Source: an uncultured Alphaproteobacteria bacterium (GTDB taxonomy: Bacteria; Pseudomonadota; Alphaproteobacteria; Rhizobiales; Hyphomicrobiaceae). Taken from it: 64,000 nt of DNA. This document shows, piece after piece, positions 61,201 through 64,000 of this stretch. The DNA is taken from contig CAWIYZ010000021.1 of NCBI GenBank assembly GCA_963840425.1, forward strand, positions 21,075-85,074, read 5' to 3'. Made by a program: the position numbers and the translations under genes. Numbering within the stretch: position 1 is the stretch's first letter; every line of letters starts with the position of its first letter. The notes under the pieces were generated by a model, which did not search any database, had not been told where the DNA came from, and saw nothing but the letters and a program-made list of their open reading frames with translations.

Positions 61201-61885
61201 CGGCGTGCGGTCGGCCGTGGTATCTCAGATTTCCACTGACGTGATCGTTCCCTGGTTCCCGCAGCGCCTCCTGGCCTACCTCCGCGCCCCCGCACTCTTC
61301 AGCCTGCTTGGCATCAAGGCTGTGAATGCGCGAGCAACGACCGAGCAGGGCATCATCAACCGCCTTGTCGACGGTCTGATCCGTATCGCGGTTCCCTTTC
61401 AGCGCGAGGAGCGGTCACGCAGCGCCACGTCCAATCGCATCACGGCGCTCTACGGCCAGCTCTACGAGACCGACCAGTTGAACAGCACCACGTTCGAGGC
61501 CGGTCTGCCGGAAATGTTCGGCGAGGCCAATATCACCGCCTTCAAGCAGCTGGCGCTGATCGCGCGGCGCACGACGATCGTGGAGGCCGACGGGCAGGAC
61601 ACCTACCTGCCCAACCTGGATCGGATGGCTCTGCCGGTCTGCTTCATCCATGGTGCCGAGAACGCCTGCTTCCGGCCGGACAGCACGGCGCGGACGCTGG
61701 CCAGGCTGTCGAAACATAACGGCGCCCACCTTTACGAGCGTCACGTCATCCCCGACTACGGGCATATCGACTGCATCTTCGGCAAGGAGGCCGCGACGGA
61801 CGTTTACCCGCACATGCTGGCGCACTTGGAGAAGACGGCAAGCTTGGTAGAAAAGAGTGGCAAGACACCGGCGGACGTGGGTTAG
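58292..61885 (+). CDS. Tri-domain protein: GMC-family oxidoreductase + unknown central region + alpha/beta-hydrolase fold
   Basis: The N-terminal ~560 aa are paralogous to the preceding gene (YDAIVVGSGYGAGVAASRLA, HPLGGCGMG). The C-terminal ~350 aa have an alpha/beta-hydrolase pattern (LLFSHGLGVSS, nucleophile elbow IAHCFGA, DYGHIDCIFG). Confidence 0.8.
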   Translation: MRLARELDQMQPRYDAIVVGSGYGAGVAASRLARMGLSVAMLERGREFAIGEFPDTLPEALQECQYRFENSHHGKRSGLFELHYGRDMHVLVGCGLGGTSLINANVSLPPDPRVWEDPRWPAELLADDMLEEGFARARRMLRPVPYPNKVPLDKLARLKEAAEALGSELTHPPINVAFEDGPNAAGVVQPACTLCGDCCSGCNVGSKTTVQMTYLPDAANHGAEIFTDATVRYLRKEADGWRVFYTPTSQRRDGFRSPERSVSARMVVLGAGSLGSTEILLRSREQGLAVSDRLGHGFTGNGDVLAFAYNGERPVNAVGVGVPPKAEVSPPGPCIAGAIDMRGSTALEDGMIIEEGVLPSGLAEILPATFHVGGQLFGKDTDSAYLDEFQEAARRVKSTLLGSWRGAMHNTATYLVMAHDDGKGRLDLDDDRIRVSWPDVARQQVFARIEEKLLQTAAANGATYIRNPIQNTFLGKNLITVHPLGGCGMGRDGTRGVVDHACRVYDTSPGADPKAVHQGLYVCDGAAIPRPVGVNPLLTITALAERAMMQVAADLEKALTDAPKPDAVRRTLPAPPSAPTGLSALAKSLRFHDLMRTGTDLLSTLKASVAGGASEASASAVMDTSAAGVEFTERMVGHISDRGADHTAAAAAGKAAGNEFSFTVTVRIADVDRFVSDPAHAGTLTGTAHCPVLSPEPLDISNGVFRLMRKSDEQIETRLFEYLMTLSARDGSSYAFKGIKYVHDDRRLDLVADTTTLFVELVESGGTGNKARGVLKIRAADFAKQVRTLKGTGGRSQLERTNAVAKFGALFAGQLFDIYGDIFAPVRRYNPNRARKKRGLAVGEPAVHLFTTADGKRLQLTRYKGGDKGPLLFSHGLGVSSLIFRIDTIDTNLLEYMYARGYDCWLLDFRASIDLPYAAALWTADDCARFDYQPAVDLMRKETGADSVQVIAHCFGATTFTMAMLGGHLSGVRSAVVSQISTDVIVPWFPQRLLAYLRAPALFSLLGIKAVNARATTEQGIINRLVDGLIRIAVPFQREERSRSATSNRITALYGQLYETDQLNSTTFEAGLPEMFGEANITAFKQLALIARRTTIVEADGQDTYLPNLDRMALPVCFIHGAENACFRPDSTARTLARLSKHNGAHLYERHVIPDYGHIDCIFGKEAATDVYPHMLAHLEKTASLVEKSGKTPADVG

Positions 61886-61930
61886 GTAGGTCGTTGGATA
61901 AACGCAGCACAGAGCACAAAGAAACGGACA

Positions 61931-62179
61931 ATGGCTCAACGCAAGCAAACGCGGCGTGATAGGCCTTCGACAGGCTCGGCCAGCCTGACGGCTCAGCGCG
62001 AGGCCCTCTTGCGGCGCCTCAGGGAACTGGATGCCGCCGCGAAAGCCAAACCCGGATACCGGAGCGCGCTCATCCTGCTCAACCGGAAATTTCGCGCCGC
62101 CGGTCCAGCCGCCAGGCTCGGAATCCTACAGGCGGCCAGCTTCATGGTGAACGTGCTCGAGCGCTTGCCGCTCATATAA
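61931..62179 (+). CDS. Small basic hypothetical protein
   Basis: 82-aa ORF with an ATG start and an Arg/Lys-rich N-terminus. It is followed 145 nt later by an intrinsic terminator. I recognised no motif and the RBS is weak. Confidence 0.35.
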   Translation: MAQRKQTRRDRPSTGSASLTAQREALLRRLRELDAAAKAKPGYRSALILLNRKFRAAGPAARLGILQAASFMVNVLERLPLI

Positions 62180-62323
62180 GCGCACGTTGAGATCCGATAC
62201 CGTCCGGCAAAGGACGATCAAGGAGAGACTGTCCTTTCGAGGCCCCTTTCCCGCGGCACAATCCTGAACGACAAGGATGCCGCCCCGCCGGCACACTGAG
62301 AGCGGGAAATTCGCAGGGTGCGG

Positions 62324-62354
62324 AGCGGGGCCTTGCGCCCCGCTGTTGTTTATT
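62324..62354 (+). terminator. Rho-independent terminator
   Basis: AGCGGGGC-CTTGC-GCCCCGCT followed by GTTGTTTATT. Confidence 0.6.
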
Positions 62355-62401
62355 GGACAACTCGCCGCCTGTCGGGGACATGGAACCACCGAGCCCAGCC
62401 G

Positions 62402-62710
62402 ATGACGCCCAGCCAAAGCTTCATCACTCACTGGTATTTCCATGTGCCCAATCTGATCATGGTCGCTCTGATCTACGCCTTGATCGGTCGCTGTATTCTG
62501 TTGCTCATCTTCGGCTTGGACAGCGACCGCAGGATCGTCCGCGTTTTCAACCGCGTCACAGATCCGGTCGTGAAGGCAGTCGGTGCCATCACGCCGAGGA
62601 TCGTCCCGACTGGGCTGCTCATCGTTTTTGCAGTCGGCTGGTTGTTTGTGGCTCGCGTGGCGCTTTTCTTCGGGCTGGCAGTGATGGGCGTGCGACCGGT
62701 GTTGAGCTAG
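62402..62710 (+). CDS. YggT-like small membrane protein
   Basis: ORF 62318-62710. The ATG at 62402 lies downstream of the terminator at 62324-62354. It has two to three TM helices and a central VFNRVTDPVVKAVGAITPRIVP segment resembling the YggT motif. The TAG stop is part of the terminal CTAG of the adjacent repeat. Confidence 0.5.
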   Translation: MTPSQSFITHWYFHVPNLIMVALIYALIGRCILLLIFGLDSDRRIVRVFNRVTDPVVKAVGAITPRIVPTGLLIVFAVGWLFVARVALFFGLAVMGVRPVLS

Positions 62711-62870
62711 TGTGATGATCGAGAAATTCGCCCGAATTCGCTGCTTGGCTCTTAGCGAATTTCTCGATCTGAATCACACTAGCATCATGTACTTACTAGT
62801 GTCCTTTCGATCGCGAAGTTCGTTCAATGGTTGCTGCGAGTTCCGACGAACTTCGCGATCGGGGCACTAG
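62707..62870. repeat. REPIN-like double-hairpin repeat dimer (B unit 62707-62782, 13-nt spacer, A unit 62796-62870)
   Basis: Same order and orientation as 42127-42291, with nearly identical arms and divergent loops. Confidence 0.9.
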
Positions 62871-62873
62871 CGC

Positions 62874-63224
62874 ATGGATCGCTCTGGAGACACACGCGCG
62901 AAACTGCTGATACGCACTATCCTTCTGGTTGCAACTGCGGGATTGGCATTCGTGAACGGGATGCCCCTCTTCTCGCCCCTCTTTGATCCCGTGCTTTTCT
63001 TCGTCCAACGCTTGGCTCCGGGATTTTTGGGACCGCAGCTGCTCTTTCATTTCAACTCGCTTTTGATCTCGCTGGTGACGCTGCTGCTCGCGGGCATTCC
63101 GGCCGCTATCTATGAGCGTCTGATGGGCTACAGGGACAGCACGCCGGTCTCTCTTGGCATCTGGCTCATCGCGACCCTGCTTCTGACGCTGCCCAGCCTG
63201 ATGAATGCCGCCGAGATGGATTGA
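62874..63224 (+). CDS. Hypothetical membrane protein
   Basis: 116-aa ORF with an ATG 4 nt after the repeat and three to four hydrophobic helices. I recognised no motif. Confidence 0.5.
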   Translation: MDRSGDTRAKLLIRTILLVATAGLAFVNGMPLFSPLFDPVLFFVQRLAPGFLGPQLLFHFNSLLISLVTLLLAGIPAAIYERLMGYRDSTPVSLGIWLIATLLLTLPSLMNAAEMD

Positions 63225-63327
63225 GCGCTGCCGATCACAACCGCGGGAGGTGAGTTCGCAAGCGCTTGTTATGCAGGCTTGCGCCTCATACTTTGGTCGC
63301 ATTCGTAGCGAGTGCGCGGAGGTGGGC

Positions 63328-63705
63328 ATGCTGCAGAGAATTGAGCATGTCGCTCAAATATCAGTTGCCCGCGCCTGCGGCTTCGGAGCGCTGGCCATCG
63401 TCACCTTCATGACTGCTCTGTCCGGCGACATCGTGAGCTGTCTGAAGGCCGGCGGCATTCTCACACTTTTCATGTGCCTCGTGTTGCTGCTGAAAGCCCG
63501 GCATGCCGCCGGGCGGAGCTACAAGCGTACGGAAGTTTGGATCATGCTGGCGCCGCAGGACCGCCCGCACTCCGCCATCGCCCAGCAGGTGATCGGCAAC
63601 GTGCTGCGCGAGACGTTCCTGTCTTTTGCCATGCACGCTGCGTTCGCCTCGTGCCTGATGTTGAGTGGAGCCATGGTGTATGGCCTACTCCTGCGGCCTG
63701 GTTGA
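63328..63705 (+). CDS. Hypothetical membrane protein
   Basis: ORF 63205-63705; ATG at 63328 (MLQRIEHVAQISVARACGFGALAIV). It has three to four TM helices. Confidence 0.5.
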   Translation: MLQRIEHVAQISVARACGFGALAIVTFMTALSGDIVSCLKAGGILTLFMCLVLLLKARHAAGRSYKRTEVWIMLAPQDRPHSAIAQQVIGNVLRETFLSFAMHAAFASCLMLSGAMVYGLLLRPG

Positions 63706-63797
63706 TAACCGGCGCGCGCGTCACTGCATCAATGGGCTTCTAACCCGGCATTGGTAATATTGTGCCAGGATCCCGGCTTCGAGACGCCATGCCGGGG

Positions 63798-63950
63798 CTA
63801 GAGCAGGATCGCTTCGGATTAAATCACTTTACCGCAATCGAGACGTCTCGGCCGAAGCGTGAATCCTGCTCTACACTTATAGGGTTTAGAGTGCAATTCA
63901 CGCCTCACATGGAAGCGATGGTGCTCCCAGGTGAGGCGATCGCGCTCTAG
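63798..63950 (+). repeat. Two-hairpin intergenic repeat (R2 family), copy 2
   Basis: Same architecture and orientation as 56224-56371. Confidence 0.85.
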
Positions 63951-63957
63951 CAGCGGC

Positions 63958-64000
63958 ATGAGCACAGCGACTTACGACCTCGTCATCATCGGTGGTGGCA
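63958..64000 (+). CDS. FAD/NAD(P)-binding oxidoreductase, 5' end only (continues beyond window)
   Basis: MSTATYDLVIIGGG is the start of a dinucleotide-binding GxGxxG motif typical of pyridine nucleotide-disulfide oxidoreductases. Only 14 codons are visible. Confidence 0.4.
   Translation, partial: MSTATYDLVIIGGG

Overview
This is a 64-kb high-GC chromosomal segment. Gene content and synteny (cysG-cysJ-cysI, psd-pssA, mdh-sucCDAB-lpdA, opgH, a CoxLSM-type molybdenum hydroxylase) suggest an alphaproteobacterium of the Hyphomicrobiales/Bradyrhizobiaceae type, but the taxon is inference only. I call about 55 protein-coding genes. I recognised no rRNA, tRNA, CRISPR array, transposase, integrase or phage gene.

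Layout, in order:
- Sulfite reduction genes (0-3.8 kb).
- A catabolic block (3.9-17.2 kb): dehydrogenases, two family-III CoA-transferases, an enolase-superfamily enzyme, a lactonase, a class-IV aminotransferase and a CoxLSM-like hydroxylase. A visibly AT-richer islet encoding a membrane-anchored receiver-only protein interrupts it.
- opgH with an FkbM methyltransferase and a secreted unknown protein.
- The most unusual part (21.9-32.2 kb). An orphan GTP-derived-metabolite gene set (GTP cyclohydrolase II, reductase-only RibD, degenerate PTPS-like protein, BchC-like MDR dehydrogenase, GT4, SAM methyltransferase, cytochrome b561) is physically interleaved with a polyprenyl-phosphate aminosugar glycosylation module (GT2, YdjC/ChbG deacetylase, GtrA, large GT-C/YfhO-like membrane protein).
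- A pseudo-GTPase CysN-CysC fusion, a sensor-less histidine kinase abutting a HerA-like ATPase, manC, psd-pssA and degP.
- The TCA operon, with a 2-kb insertion between sucD and sucA.
- A deletion scar made of two convergent gene stumps.
- Two tandem GMC flavoenzymes, one of them a 1197-aa tri-domain protein.

Three genes each carry a single extra base in a short homopolymer (+1 frameshift). Three families of intergenic hairpin repeats occur. One of them, a CTAG-bounded REPIN-like double hairpin, brackets psd as a ~165-bp inverted repeat. All functional calls rest on motif recognition by eye, with no database search.
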